Shown here piece after piece: positions 11,272-23,700 of a DNA stretch of 64,000 nt. The stretch is from Massalongia carnosa (taxonomy: Eukaryota): contig OZ287074.1 in the NCBI GenBank assembly GCA_965645245.1, positions 1 through 64,000 on the forward strand. Reading direction: 5' to 3'. The notes beneath the pieces are model-generated. The model had not been told where the DNA came from and did no database searches. It worked only from the letters and a program-made list of their open reading frames with translations. The translations under genes were made by a program, and so were the position numbers. Positions within the stretch are counted from its first letter, which is position 1, and each line of letters begins with the position of its first letter.

Positions 11272-14200
11272 TCAATTAAGCATATAGGTTAGACGCCACG
11301 TCTCCCAGTTGATCTTAGGCTTGAACCACCCTAACCTGGATAGCTCTATACTCTCCTTCATCCCGAGTCCTTCCTTGACGATGGTCTTCCCTCCTTGGAC
11401 AACCCTCCACCGGTCCTTAAACAGTAGGGACTCTCGCACCAGCATATTTCCACCGTAGCAGAAGCGGAGTCCCCGCAGCGCAACAACCATGATGATCATC
11501 TCTGGCAGGGAGTACGTCTTAGTTGTGTGGGCAAGGACATGCTCGAACAGGAAGCAGTATTTGTTGATCTAGGCGTGGAGGAGGCATACAAAGTCGCTTG
11601 TAGGTAGGTACAACGTAATATGCCAGTGGAGACGGGATGTCTGCTATGTCGTCTGCGTCGTAGAGGTCCCACTGGCACCACTGTTCATATATCTCCACCA
11701 TCATGATTAGGGATATCCGATGTTATTCCCTCACTCCATAAGACTTCCAGCGACTGTCCATGAGGTTTGCATGAGCGCGCTTCTTGCTGTGGAGATAGGC
11801 AAACTCGCACACGCCCCTAGAGAACATGATACCTCCGCCCTCCTGTTGCAGAGAACGCACATATTCAGAGTACAGGGCTAGGTTCTCCACTGAGTCGTTA
11901 GTGAAGACGTACATTTTCGAAGAGTCGAATAGAGTCTTGGCCAGCATATAGAACTGAGAATATATCAGCCCATCCTTGGTCTCGTCACCCTGCGGTGCAG
12001 CAAACAGCGTCTGGCTCATCGTATCTCGCATGGTAGCCGAGGAGTATACAGTACGCTTCGGATTCCATTTAGCCTTGCTTCCATCCGGGTTGAGGATCAT
12101 CCTCGTCCTGCAATACCCATCTAGGCAGCACTTCTTCCACAGGAACACCTCGGCTTCGTGGTTCTCTTGTATCTAATCATAAGGAAGCGCGCTGTCCTGT
12201 GAGGTGATCTGCTTTGCAATGTCCACAAAGGTGCGATCTGGGTTGTAGAATTCCGGATCTACTGCATCCAGCCACTGCCTCTTCCAGCCATTGTATGCTT
12301 CGACCAAACCAGTAGAGTTATTAGTTGCCAGCTTGGTGCTCTTGGACTGCGTGAACAGTGTTGCGCCTTGGAACCGATGAAACCTAGGATTCTCATCTAT
12401 GGTCCTACCAACCAAGGTCCAGAGCTCATCGAGGTACCGCGGCTGGATCGTATGGGCAACTAACTGCTGGTTGGCAGACTCCATCCGTTTGAGGCTCTCT
12501 GCAGATATCGCCGTGAATGCAAGGTCGGCTATGCGAGAAGAGGCCGGATAGTTCAGCAGTATGTTGGAAGACTTAACAACCTTGGTGATACAGGGAAGGA
12601 GTATGTCATCCAACCAGAGCTGCTCGTCGCGCTTACTGAGATACGAGGTATGCTCATGATCGTTCTCTTTGTGCAGGGCGGGAATGAAGATAAACATGAG
12701 AAGATCGCTCATGCCAACCACGCACCCAAAGCAGTAGTGGGGTGTCTTATGCAGCGGGACATAGCTTGGGAATGGATTGTCCTTGATCGTGTAACCAGGG
12801 ACCTTCAACCCAAAGTGTATGTCGCCCGTGAGATTGAGGACGGGATGGGCCTTGGGGAACCACTCTATCCCGCGACGCGCAAACCCGAGACTCTGGGGGA
12901 AACAACAGGTGCTGTCGATTTCGAAACTAACCCTTGGTTGACGATTCTTCCGACTTGTAGCGTGTTTCTTGGACAGGCAAAGACACGGAGGTAGTCCATC
13001 GTTATGGGGAGTGGCTTCGTCCAGGCGAGCACTAGCAGTGCCTTCGAATGCCGCCTTGCAGCCGACGATCTGGATATCGGTGGCTCTCATCAGTCGGGGG
13101 CTTTTGAGGACATCGGGAAGCGGAATGCCCCCATTGTGTAACCCTTTAACAATGGAAGTAATATCAGGTATAGATGTAATGGGCTACGAGACCAGTAAGC
13201 TTATCACGAGCGACACTGATCTCGAAAGGGGAAATGCTCAGCGTGAGAGGAGGAAGATAACTACTACGTGCTAGTCTCCGAGAGTATATGTGATCCAAAG
13301 AACTAATGGATGTGGAAGTGCTCAGACCAAGAGATCTCGTCCGAGACCCAAACGTAGGTTGTTCATAGAAAAAAGACTAATTGCTAACGAATGCTAAAAG
13401 ATTCGTTCTGATATTTATCCTACTCACCCCAAGCCTATAGCCTTGGGAGCCTTGGAACCTTAGGAGCCTTGCAAGCCTTGGGAGTCTTGCGAGCATTACA
13501 GCCTTGCAATCCACATCCGACTTTATCGCATTACATCCAACCATCCCTCAGGATCCATCCACGAACTCGGCGTTCGCTAGATCATCTAGTCAGCCTCGAG
13601 CAGCCTTCAAGATCTTCCCTTGCAAGGTAGAACAATTCTACCCCCGGCTAGATCCCTCACTACATGCCTCAGGCTATGTAGCTTCATTTCGCCGTCACCA
13701 TTACCTAGTGATGGAAGGTTACCTCCGACTGAATACCTCGCTACACTGCGGACCTGCCTCTAGACACAAGGTCTAGACAACGAGGTCATGTAGGTTCATT
13801 CAGCCGACATCACTACCAACGTAGTAATAAAGGTTGAAGCTGAATTTTACACCGGGGAGCCTAGCTCAAGCTGCGTCCAGCGAGCCGTGCCTCCTGCTAC
13901 CTCTCTTGAACCATCAAGAGATCCAGTAGCTCCGAGTAGGCCAGTAGATCCCATATAGAGTTCCTTGGCGTCTCCATAGGAGTCCGCCTTACACTCCATG
14001 GCAATCTACCACCACGGCCTCGACAGGTGTTTGATCTGTAAGTAGTCAGGAACGTGATAACAATAACTCCGAAGTTTCGGGGCAAGATGGCAGTGTGTCA
14101 GCCTCGACGGCTTATGCGACTTCGTACTACGGCATGGTCCACGCTAGTTAATCCCGCAACCGCCATAGGCGATCACGTATCCCTCTAGCGCCATCCGTAT

Positions 14201-15068
14201 TAAAATAGATGAGCACTCTGAGTGCACATCTCGGCGTTGTTGTTGTTCTTCATGCTGGCGATCGGCTTCGGTATGCTGCTCGTGAGTGCAGCACCGGAAT
14301 TTACGTAGCTACTTGGCCAGCTTAGAGGATGTGCTCTCTAGTTGATCAGGGCTCAGATTTGCGATGTGGGCACTCTGCGCGCTACGCGGTATGCAGTATT
14401 TTTGTATCTGCAGTATGCGGTGAACTGCCCTGTTGTATATCTGTATTCGGTGGACTATGGATTGGTGTTCTGTTGTGTCTAGGTGCTACTGATCCGACAT
14501 TACTGAACTACTAGGCGGCGTAGTCAGAATACGGTGACCCGGCCTTGCTGCTCTCTTGCCTCTCTTGTTGCTCAATTCGTAGTGCCTGGAGCACTGCTGC
14601 TGCCTCGAGATGGGCTGCCGACTCCTCCAAGCGTGCCGTGACCTCCGCATCAAAGTCTGCGTCTTCAGTGTTTGTCACCTCCTCTGTGCGTATTTTCTCA
14701 ACTTGTCGAATGATTTCGGGCTCCTCATGCAGGGAATTTGGAGTTGCAGTTCGAGGGGGGTTGTTCTGGGTTAGGAATGCTTCGGGTTCCAGCTCTTCCT
14801 CACAGTCTTCCGCTATATCGCGATCCGGAGGGATTGGTCTGTGGAGGCCGGTTCGCAGACCAATGGCAGGCAGGGTGTCGCTAGGGATATCGGATGTAGG
14901 TAGAGGCTCGTAGGCATCAAAGTCGACGGGACCTGCAAGACCAACCGGGCGCGATAGATTGTGGTAATAACCTCGACTTTGCCGTCTCTTGCCCGCTGCA
15001 GCTTCATCAGCAGTAGAGTACTTTCAAGGCCTACCACATAACTTTTTCAATGACCCCGTAGAAGGCAT
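11272..15068 (-). pseudogene. Large uncharacterised protein of the unclassified element (copy 2, most complete): N-terminal AT-hook, acidic region, His/Cys motif, long C-terminal domain
   Basis: ATG at 15068 (MPSTGSLKK..GRP*KY; GRPRKY in copy 3); collinear minus-strand ORFs 13090-12173, 12148-11723, 11704-11519 and 11499-11272; split by solo LTR 13175-14204. Confidence 0.65.
13175..14204. mobile_element. Solo LTR (about 1030 bp), TSD ATAGA
   Basis: TGTAAT...ATTAAA ends; ATAGA at 13170-13174 and 14205-14209; empty site visible near 2269; sister copy 27539-28565. Confidence 0.93.
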
Positions 15069-15108
15069 GATCGAGGAAGAGTGACGCTGAGCAGTCGAAG
15101 TTCTAGAG

Positions 15109-15405
15109 ATGAGGAATTTAGGAAAAAACCCTAATTCGGTTAGCGCGGTAGGTGACACGAGAAAAGAACGGTAGCTAAGAATGTAAAATCAATGACAGGT
15201 CTAAGTTACTCATCGCATGATCTCATCGCATGATCACATTATTCACTTCATCGCATGATCGATCACTTCTCGTTGTTAGGATTAGGATTCGCATGAGAAA
15301 TACAGGAAAAAACCCGAATTCGGTTAGCGCGGTAAGGTGCTCCGGCGGAATCGAGTGACATGACTTCTGCTCTTTGAATCGTCACAACGCAACCAACAAC
15401 GCTTA
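15109..15405 (-). repeat. Upstream non-coding block of the unclassified element with internal repeats
   Basis: Matches 61931-62280; two copies of AGGAAAAAACCC(T/G)AATTCGGTTAGCGCGGTA and several TCATCGCATGATC units. Confidence 0.75.
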
Positions 15406-15542
15406 CAATAGTTAACGACTGAATGAGAATGACGATGGAAGTCCTTGCCGATCGATTGGGCCGAAAAAATCCACCACTTGTGTTCTAACCTTCACCCCGG
15501 ATTCCGACATCATGTATACAAAAATGTCGTCGATATAGGTAG

Positions 15543-16038
15543 TGTAATAGCGCGGCAATACAGGACTGCGCTAGCTCCTGGGATGACTCACCCAAGAAGA
15601 CCGGGTGACTGATAATCCGCATGCTTAGTCATGATAAGGCGGATAGCAATACTAAGCCATCAGCAATCAGCCTTACCAGTTTGTTAGGCAGCAACTGAAG
15701 CTATTCAGATAAGCCTCGATCTCATGGGAGGCCTGGGACGCCTAGGAGACCTCAGCTGAAGGCAACAAGGCTATCTGCTAGACCTCAGCTGAAGGCAACA
15801 AGGTTATCTGCTAGACCTCAGCTGAAGGCAGCAAGGCTATCTACTAAACCTCAGCTGAAGGCAACAAGGCAGACAGGTAACCAGACAAGTAGTTAGTAAA
15901 TAGGACCCCAAGGGGTATATAGAAAGCTCGATTCCCATCTTCAGGGAATCAGCTTTTAGCTTTAGCACCTACCAATCTAATAGCAGTCACACTGAGCATT
16001 ATAACCCATAAGGACTAGTGTCTACTGTCCCTCTTATA
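15543..16038. mobile_element. Solo LTR (496 bp), TSD GGTAG
   Basis: TGTAAT...CTTATA ends; GGTAG at 15538-15542 and 16039-16043. Confidence 0.88.
15747..15870 (+). repeat. 33-bp tandem repeat, about 3.8 copies, inside a solo LTR
   Basis: AGACCTCAGCTGAAGGCAACAAGGCTATCTGCT at 15747, 15780, 15813 and 15846. Confidence 0.92.
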
Positions 16039-16930
16039 GGTAGTGCAAAAGGTGTCACGGAATCGCTTCGCACCCTCCCGCTTGTCCTGATCTGGTTAGT
16101 ATTTAACAGGGCCATTGCTGAGAAACCTCACCAATCGTGCTCAGGCGTTCTTCTGCCGCCCTCAGCGCACTATCAATCTCCTACAATCCGTATTCCAATC
16201 TCAACGTCTCCACTATCCAGGCTTATGAGTTATGAAATATAAATTCACTTTGTAGGTATAGTAGCATGATTGTCATTGAAGGTAATTATCTATGTGGGCT
16301 ATTTGTCTGCTTTATATAGCAGTCACAAAACAGTCACATCTAGGAGCCCTGACGGTCAGACCTTGTCCCCCTGACGGTCAGACCTTGTCTCCCATATCTG
16401 CTTTTTTCTTTTTTAGGCACATTGCAAGGCACCTCCCGAACTGCCTGTTAGGCACCTCCTATAGATGCCTGGCAGGCACCCGTGGGACTCACGATGGATG
16501 CCTATATTAGCGGTCGTCTGACCATCTACCCGATGGTAGCCTTACCATTTAACACTCCCATTCAGCCATCTTTGAGACTATTCGGGAATTAATTTCCTCT
16601 TTGAGCTTAGCTCATGCCAAGCATTGCAAAGGGTTTAGCGGCCAGTAGCTTCGTAAGCCCATCTGCCACATCTTTGGTTCTTTAACACCCAGCGACCGGT
16701 GATCACCTTTCGATCAGTCGGTGCCCTTTCTAGTGTCCAAGTTTCATTCTCCACTAGCGATTGATACTCGGTCTCCATGGCCTTTCTCCATTGATCCCAG
16801 TGGGGTGAGGACATAGCCTCTTTCAGTGTCAAAGGATCAGCGAGGCCCTCATTGTCCTCGCCTCCTGCCAGGGTTGTTAGCACCCGCACCATGTGCTCAT
16901 GGGATTTCGGGACCTGGTTTGAACTGAATA

Positions 16931-17344
16931 CGGTGTTGATGCTGGGACGAATGTTCTCCAGTGCTCTTGACTGGGGACCCTTATTCGTCCAGATCTTCGA
17001 GGTTCGATGGGCTGGCGAGGAATGTCCTCCACTTCATCGGAGTCACTCCCCCCCCCATTCTCCTCGTCGGTGTTGATGCTGGGACGGATGTTCTCCAGTG
17101 TTCTTTGACTCGGGACCCTTATTCGTCCAGATCTTCGAGGTTCGATGGGCTGGCGAGGAATGTCCTCCACTTTATCGGAGTCACTCTCCCCCCCATTCTC
17201 CTCTTCGGTGTTGCTGCTGGGACGGATGTTCTCCAGTGTTCTTTGACTGAGGGCCCTTATTCGTCCAGATCTTCGAGGTTCGATGGGCTGGCGAGGAATG
17301 TCCTCCACTTCATCGGAGTCACTCTCCCCCCTATTCTCCTCTTC
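16931..17344 (-). repeat. 138-bp coding tandem repeat x3 in the integrase-RT linker
   Basis: EEENGGESDSDEVEDIPRQPIEPRRSGRIRVPSQRTLENIRPSSNT three times; a single unit in copy 1 (about 10913-11050). Confidence 0.93.
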
Positions 17345-19105
17345 TCGGCCTCCCCCCGAAGCATTTACTCCCATTGGATGTAGCACTATCCGTGGTGCTG
17401 GTGGGGCCGTTTCATTTTGAACTTCCGAACTTCTCGATATTTCAGAGCTTGGAGTTTTCGGAGACAACGAAGATGGCGGATTATGACTTTTATTTTCATC
17501 AACAAAATCATCTGGGTCATCAAACAAAGCATCATCGTCTCCTTCCCATGGAATGTCGGCTAGGTCCCAGGCCTTTTTGTCCTTGGAATCATATATATTG
17601 CTTTCGTCGACGGTGATATCGCGACAAACATGGACTTTTCCAGTGAGAGGATCGTAAATTCGATACTGATTGTTTCCTTCATACCCAACAAATATCCCCT
17701 GCCAGGACCTATCGTCCAGCTTCTTGCGCTTCTCTTTTGGGATATGTACCCATGTCCTTGCCCCGACCGTTCTCATGTGGCCGAGGAAGGGTTTCGCATT
17801 ATTCATGCGTTCATATGGAGTGACCTCGTCAACCCCGGGACTTCTATTCTTGATGTATCCGGCCGTCTTCAGGACCTCCCCCCAAAGGGACTTTGGGAGC
17901 TTTTTAGCCTTCATCATGGACCGAGTGGGGACCATGAGGGTATAATTTTGCCTTTCGGCCTTCCCATTCTGTTCTGGCACATTTAGTGCCCGGGCCTCCC
18001 ACTGGATGCCTTCAGTCTTTAGGAATTCCTGGAAGTCACCACTGGTGTACTCCCCTCCTCCATCAGCTCGGAGTCTCTTTATTTTCTTTCCCGATTGATT
18101 TTCTATCCATGTCTTGAACTGCTTAAAACATTCGAAGGTTTGACCCTTTGTTTTCAGCAGGTAGATCCACACTACCCCGGAGAAGTCGTCTTTCATCGTA
18201 GCATAAAAACGTTCACCGAACCTTGTCAGTGGAAATGGTCCCCCTAAGTCGCTATGCACTATTCCGAGAAATTCTGTTGCTCGGATTCGTGGAGTGCGAT
18301 TTATTTTCCGCTGTTGTCTTCCCATCATGCATGAGCCGCATACTTCTTCTGGTATGGGTCCTTCGATGGTGACTCCATTGGCTAAATGATTTAATTTTAG
18401 GAGGTTTGGGTAGCTGAGATGGCCGAGTCGTTCGTGCCATGTTTGGATAGGGGCCTTTGTACCGTTTGTTGTGGTGAGGGCCCGTGCTTCGGTAGGGCTA
18501 ATAGTGGTTGTCTGCAAAACATACTGATTATTTATTGTTTTGGCCAGTTCAACCACCTTTCCTTTATGCACCAGCTGAGCGGGCTTGTCATCCGCCATCA
18601 GGTACGTTGATATGCCCTTTTTGCCGAGTTGTATTGTGCTGATGAGGTTGAATTTTAGGTCGGGGGCGAAAAGGACGTTGGTCAAAATGAGGTCCGTTAC
18701 ACCTCTATTTCCATTGTCCAGTGATACGAGTAGAGAGCCTTTCCCCTCTGTCGATAACACCTCTCCGGAACCTGTTTCTAAACAGCAATTTTCGCTCCGA
18801 AAGGTCCCTTCTTGAAAGAGATCTTTATTGCATATAATGTGCGCGGTGGGACCACTGTGCATTTGATTTAACAGATCAGCTGCTGAGCAGTGTACGCTTT
18901 CATATCAACATTGATATCGTCACAGCTTCGCAGAATATTTTTAAAATCCAACTTATTAGATGCTAGAAAAACTATTTCGAAATCTCTAACTGAATAGAAT
19001 TTGGAAATATGCAAGTATAGAACTGTGTATACTATTAAGAGAGGAATAATATTCCGAATAGTTCGATCGGATTTCTTGAAAGGCCGACGCTGGTGATTCT
19101 AAAGA

Positions 19106-20716
19106 ATGATCACGAACGAATACGCCTTGACGCGTGAAATGAGTGAAGCCTACCACTTAACATGTAAAGCGAGGGAGGTACTAAAAGGTATGGGGGAGAC
19201 CGTACCAGGCGCAGTAGTGAGTCGCTGGATACTCGCATTGGTGGAGTTCATAGAACAAAACGAGGCAAAACGCGACGCGCCTGACGCGTCGAATCAAGAA
19301 AGTCTTCAAAGCACACTGCACGACATACAACAAAGATTACAGAAGATTGAGAAGCAGGGAGAAAACAATGGAAAAGCGCTCAGCTACGCCGCCGTCGCGT
19401 CTGGGGGCCGTAGGGGAACGACTGGGGATATCGGAAAGACGCAGACCCAAATCGATGAAAACATGCTTAGAGAAAAGAGAAAGATGAAAGAACTCATAGT
19501 CAGAATAGAAGATCCCAAAGAGCAAGAGGCCTTGGGAAGAAAGACGACAAAAGAAATCATAGAAGCTATAAAAATCCCCAACAGCGAGATAGCGGGTATC
19601 AGGAAGCTCCCCAGCGGGGATTTGAAAATCCACACCAAAACAGCGCAGGCTAAGCAGAGCCTCCAATCACAACCAGCATGGATAAAGAATGTGGCGGCAT
19701 CGGCGACGATTCGTAAAGAGGGATACGCGGTAATAGCACACGGCATGCGGATGAACGATGTACGAGGACCAAAACAAATGAAGGCCATAGAATATCTGAT
19801 AAGAGAAAACAAGGATCTGCACGAAGACCTAAAAATTAATAGAGTGGCATGGAGCACTAGAGCCATTAAGCAGAACAAGAGATACGCGTCTATGCACATC
19901 GAGGTAGAAACTGCGGAGATGGCCAATCGGCTCATCCTCGTAGGTCTAGCAGACAGAGGAGAAATCAAGACGTGCGAGCTATTCGAAGCCGGATGCAAGC
20001 TCACACAATGCTTCAATTGTCAACAATACGGCCATATAGCAAAGTTCTGCAGAAATCCCACCACATGTGGATACTGCGCGGGGAGACACGAAAGCCGATC
20101 GTGCCCCGGCAACAAGGCGCCGAGGTTCCTACGATGCGGAGCGTGTGGAGAAAAAGGCCACCCAGCATGGGCGGCAGAATGCAGAACAAGAAAGGAGAGA
20201 AAGCATCGAACGGAAATCGCAAGGGACTCCGCTAGAAGACTTTACGCAACACCTCCGAGCGGGAGAGAAGAGGAAAAGAGAAAGGAAAGAGGATTAGGAT
20301 CGAAAAGCACACCATCTCCCAACGCACCGCTGCAGAACGTCGAAGTGATCATCACAACCGACAACAACAAAGACACCCAACGAAGCCAGACCGACGGGAC
20401 AGGGAGCACCATAGTAGAGGAGGAAGAGGTACAGGAGACAAACGATGAAGAAATGACAGAGGCTATGGAAACAATAAGAAAAAGAAAGCCAAGCACGAAC
20501 CTCGCAGGAAGACCGCTGGTGGCACGATCGCGATCATTATCGCCCAGGAGAGAGGATAGAGAGAAGCCCCTACGAGGAAGAGAAGAATGGAGAACGACAA
20601 GAATGATGAATCCGGAGATTCGAGAAATGGCCTTCGCCAAGCCGGTGAGAGGTCGTCCACGCATCAGGACGCCAAGCACTAACGAAGAACTTCTCAACAA
20701 TGACGATCAATTATGA
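19106..20716 (+). CDS. LINE ORF1 gag-like protein with three zinc knuckles (536 aa)
   Basis: CFNCQQYGHIAKFC, CGYCAGRHESRSC, CGACGEKGHPAWAAEC. Confidence 0.93.
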   Translation: MITNEYALTREMSEAYHLTCKAREVLKGMGETVPGAVVSRWILALVEFIEQNEAKRDAPDASNQESLQSTLHDIQQRLQKIEKQGENNGKALSYAAVASGGRRGTTGDIGKTQTQIDENMLREKRKMKELIVRIEDPKEQEALGRKTTKEIIEAIKIPNSEIAGIRKLPSGDLKIHTKTAQAKQSLQSQPAWIKNVAASATIRKEGYAVIAHGMRMNDVRGPKQMKAIEYLIRENKDLHEDLKINRVAWSTRAIKQNKRYASMHIEVETAEMANRLILVGLADRGEIKTCELFEAGCKLTQCFNCQQYGHIAKFCRNPTTCGYCAGRHESRSCPGNKAPRFLRCGACGEKGHPAWAAECRTRKERKHRTEIARDSARRLYATPPSGREEEKRKERGLGSKSTPSPNAPLQNVEVIITTDNNKDTQRSQTDGTGSTIVEEEEVQETNDEEMTEAMETIRKRKPSTNLAGRPLVARSRSLSPRREDREKPLRGREEWRTTRMMNPEIREMAFAKPVRGRPRIRTPSTNEELLNNDDQL

Positions 20717-23700
20717 GAGACACGAACACTCTCACAATTCTGCAGTACAACGTCAGGAAAAGTGCGAAAGGCACACTGATACCATTGCTTGCAGACGAGA
20801 AAACAAAGAATTTCGATATCATTGCTATTCAAGAACCATGGAAAAACCCTACAACGGCCCTACTACTCAACCCCTATCAGAGCGGGTTTCACTTACTTTA
20901 CAAATCCGGAGGAGACACACGCGTCTGCTTCTATATCAACGAGAAGATAGATCCAGAAAGTTGGGACGTGGAATATCCAACAGAAGATCTATGCACATTG
21001 AATATAGAAATCAGAATAGGAAGCGTGTTAAGAAAAATTCATATACACAACATCTACAATCCATCCCCGTTATCTATCTCAGCGACGGATAGTCCGTCTA
21101 CCCTACCGGCCGCCCTGCGTCAACTGAACGGGCCAGGAGAACACATCTTGCTAGGGGATTTCAACCTTCATCATCCACATTGGGGAGGTGCGAGAGTGCG
21201 AGGTCAACACGAGGCGTCCGAACAGCTACTAGACATCATTGAAAGTAAAAATCTTTCGCTCACCCTGCCAAGAGGAACAGTGACATGGGAGGCAAGAAAC
21301 TCATTCAGCACCATCGATCTGGTGTTCATGACGGAAGATCTCGTAGAAAGATTGGAACACTGTATCACAGTCCCGGAGCTGAATCAAGACTCAGATCACG
21401 TACCAATATCGACGAGGCTCCGCCTCACCTGTGAACCCCTTACGCCTCCCCGCCGAAGAGCCTGGAAACTCCTGGACATGAATAAACTGAGAGAAGTTGA
21501 GAGAAATGCCCCCACACCACGCGTCGTACGAGGCGCCAACGAAATTGATGCATACACTGCAGATATTCAAGACTACCTCAAAAGAATCGTTCAGGAGGCG
21601 GTACCATGGGCTAAACCTAGTCCCCAGGCGAAGTCCTTCTGGAATAGAGAGTGCGAGGAGGCAACGAAGGAGACCCGCAGGCTTCGTAGGATCTGGACGG
21701 CGGAAAGAAATCTGTCAGACTGGAAAAACTACATCAGAATGAACGACAAAAAACAGAAAATCATCGGTAAGGCAAGAAATCTTCATTTCAGAGAACAAAT
21801 GGCCGAAGTTGCAGCATCAAGAACAGGACTCTTCCGACTCGCAAAATGGGGCAAAGACAGAAGCGACGCACCAAGAGAAATTCCAAAAATGCCCCCGTTA
21901 GCAACAGCACAAAATCCCAATACGATAGCAGACACGTTCGAGAAGAGAGTAAATATGCTGAAGAAGTCCTTCTTTCCCCCTCCTCCTAACGCGGATCTCG
22001 GGGATCTCGTAGGATATTCGTACCCTCCAACACCAGAATGTCCAGCACTGATAACGGAAAAAGAAGTGGCGGCGGCGCTGCGAAAGCCAAAGCCAGACAA
22101 AGCCCCAGGACCGGATGGAATCACAAATAGAATTCTCAAAGCCTGTTCAGAAAACCTAATCAAATTGCTGACACCACTTTTTCAAGCATGTGTGAATGAA
22201 GGATATCATCCGAAAGTCTTTAAAATCGCCAACACTATCACGCTAAAGAAGCCAGGAAAAGGAAACTATACGGATCCCAAGGCATGGAGACCCATAGCGT
22301 TGTTGAACACGTTGGGCAAAGCATTGGAATCCATTATAGCAAGGAAAATTAGCCATCTGACGGAAGAATTTAAACTGATCCCGGATACTCAAATGGGTGC
22401 AAGGCCGGGCCGCGGAACGGAAACAGCACTGGAGCTGCTCACTGAACAAGTGCACACCGTATGGAATCAGGGTAACGATAAAGTGGCATCTCTATTGAGC
22501 ATAGACGTATCGGGAGCCTTTGACACCGTCTCTCATCGTAGGCTCATTCACAACATGAGAAAACGAAAGATCCCAGAGTGGATAGCCAAATGGACGGATA
22601 GTTTCTTGAAAGAAAGAGAAACCACGCTCACGATTAATCAACGCACCACTAACGCATTTCCGCTGAGCATAGGAATCCCTCAGGGATCTCCTCTATCTCC
22701 CATTCTATATCTCTTTTACAATGCGGACCTCTTAGACATTTGCAATAGACCCAGCACAAACGCGGCAGGCATAGGATTCGTAGACGACGTGAACATCCTG
22801 ACATATGGCAAATCCACGGAAGAAAATTGCAAAACATTGAAAGAAATACACGAGAATTGCGAACGATGGGCGAAACGCCACGGCTCCGTGTTCGCGCCGC
22901 ATAAATACGAGCTCATACATCTAGCAAAAAATCCCAAGAAATTCAATCTCGAAGCTTCCTTCACAGTAAACGGCAAACTACTCAACGTCACGAAATCTGT
23001 ACGAGTGCTGGGGGTGTACATAGACACGAGGCTCAATTGGTCGGCGCACTACAAAGAGATACAGAAGAAAATGACGAGACAAACGAGAGCGCTGACTAGA
23101 ATCGCCGCAGCCACTTGGGGTGCGACCCTCCTACAAGCCCGTCACGTGTACACGGCGGTGGTACGCCCGGCAATGACCCATGGTTCTCTGGTATGGCACA
23201 CGCCGGAGGAAACACAAAAGCACGTCAAAGTCACGAGGAAAAGCAAACTCGAGATCGTACAAAACAAATGTTTACGAGTAGTAGCCGGAGCGTACAGGGC
23301 CACACCCATCGAGGTGTTACAGGCGGAAACATTCATCTGTCCATTGACGCAACATTTGGATCATCTGCAGGCCAAAGGTAGATCGAGGCTACAACACAAC
23401 GGTCAGGCAAAAGTCATAGAACAGGCATGCGAGAAAATCAGAACGAGATTGAAAGGGAAAAGAGGGCGACAACGGATTATTGGAGAAACACCGGGAGCTC
23501 GTAGACAGAGATGGGTGGCCAAGCTGACAGCTGAAGTATCAACAAAGAGAAAGCCCAAACGCACACCACCATGGGAAAAAGCGGAGAATGCACAAGAGGA
23601 AAAACGAGCAGAATATGCCGCACTTCAAAGAGAAAGAGACGGAATCATAGCGAAACGATTTAAAGAAAAATGGAAGGACAAATGGATAGCGTATCAATCA

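Noticed and set aside
15747..15870. CRISPR-like 33-bp repeats
   Set aside because: Head-to-tail with no spacers; an ordinary LTR-internal tandem repeat.
19337..23381. Many short antisense or alternate-frame ORFs here and over other elements
   Set aside because: They shadow long transposon ORFs and have no recognisable motifs.
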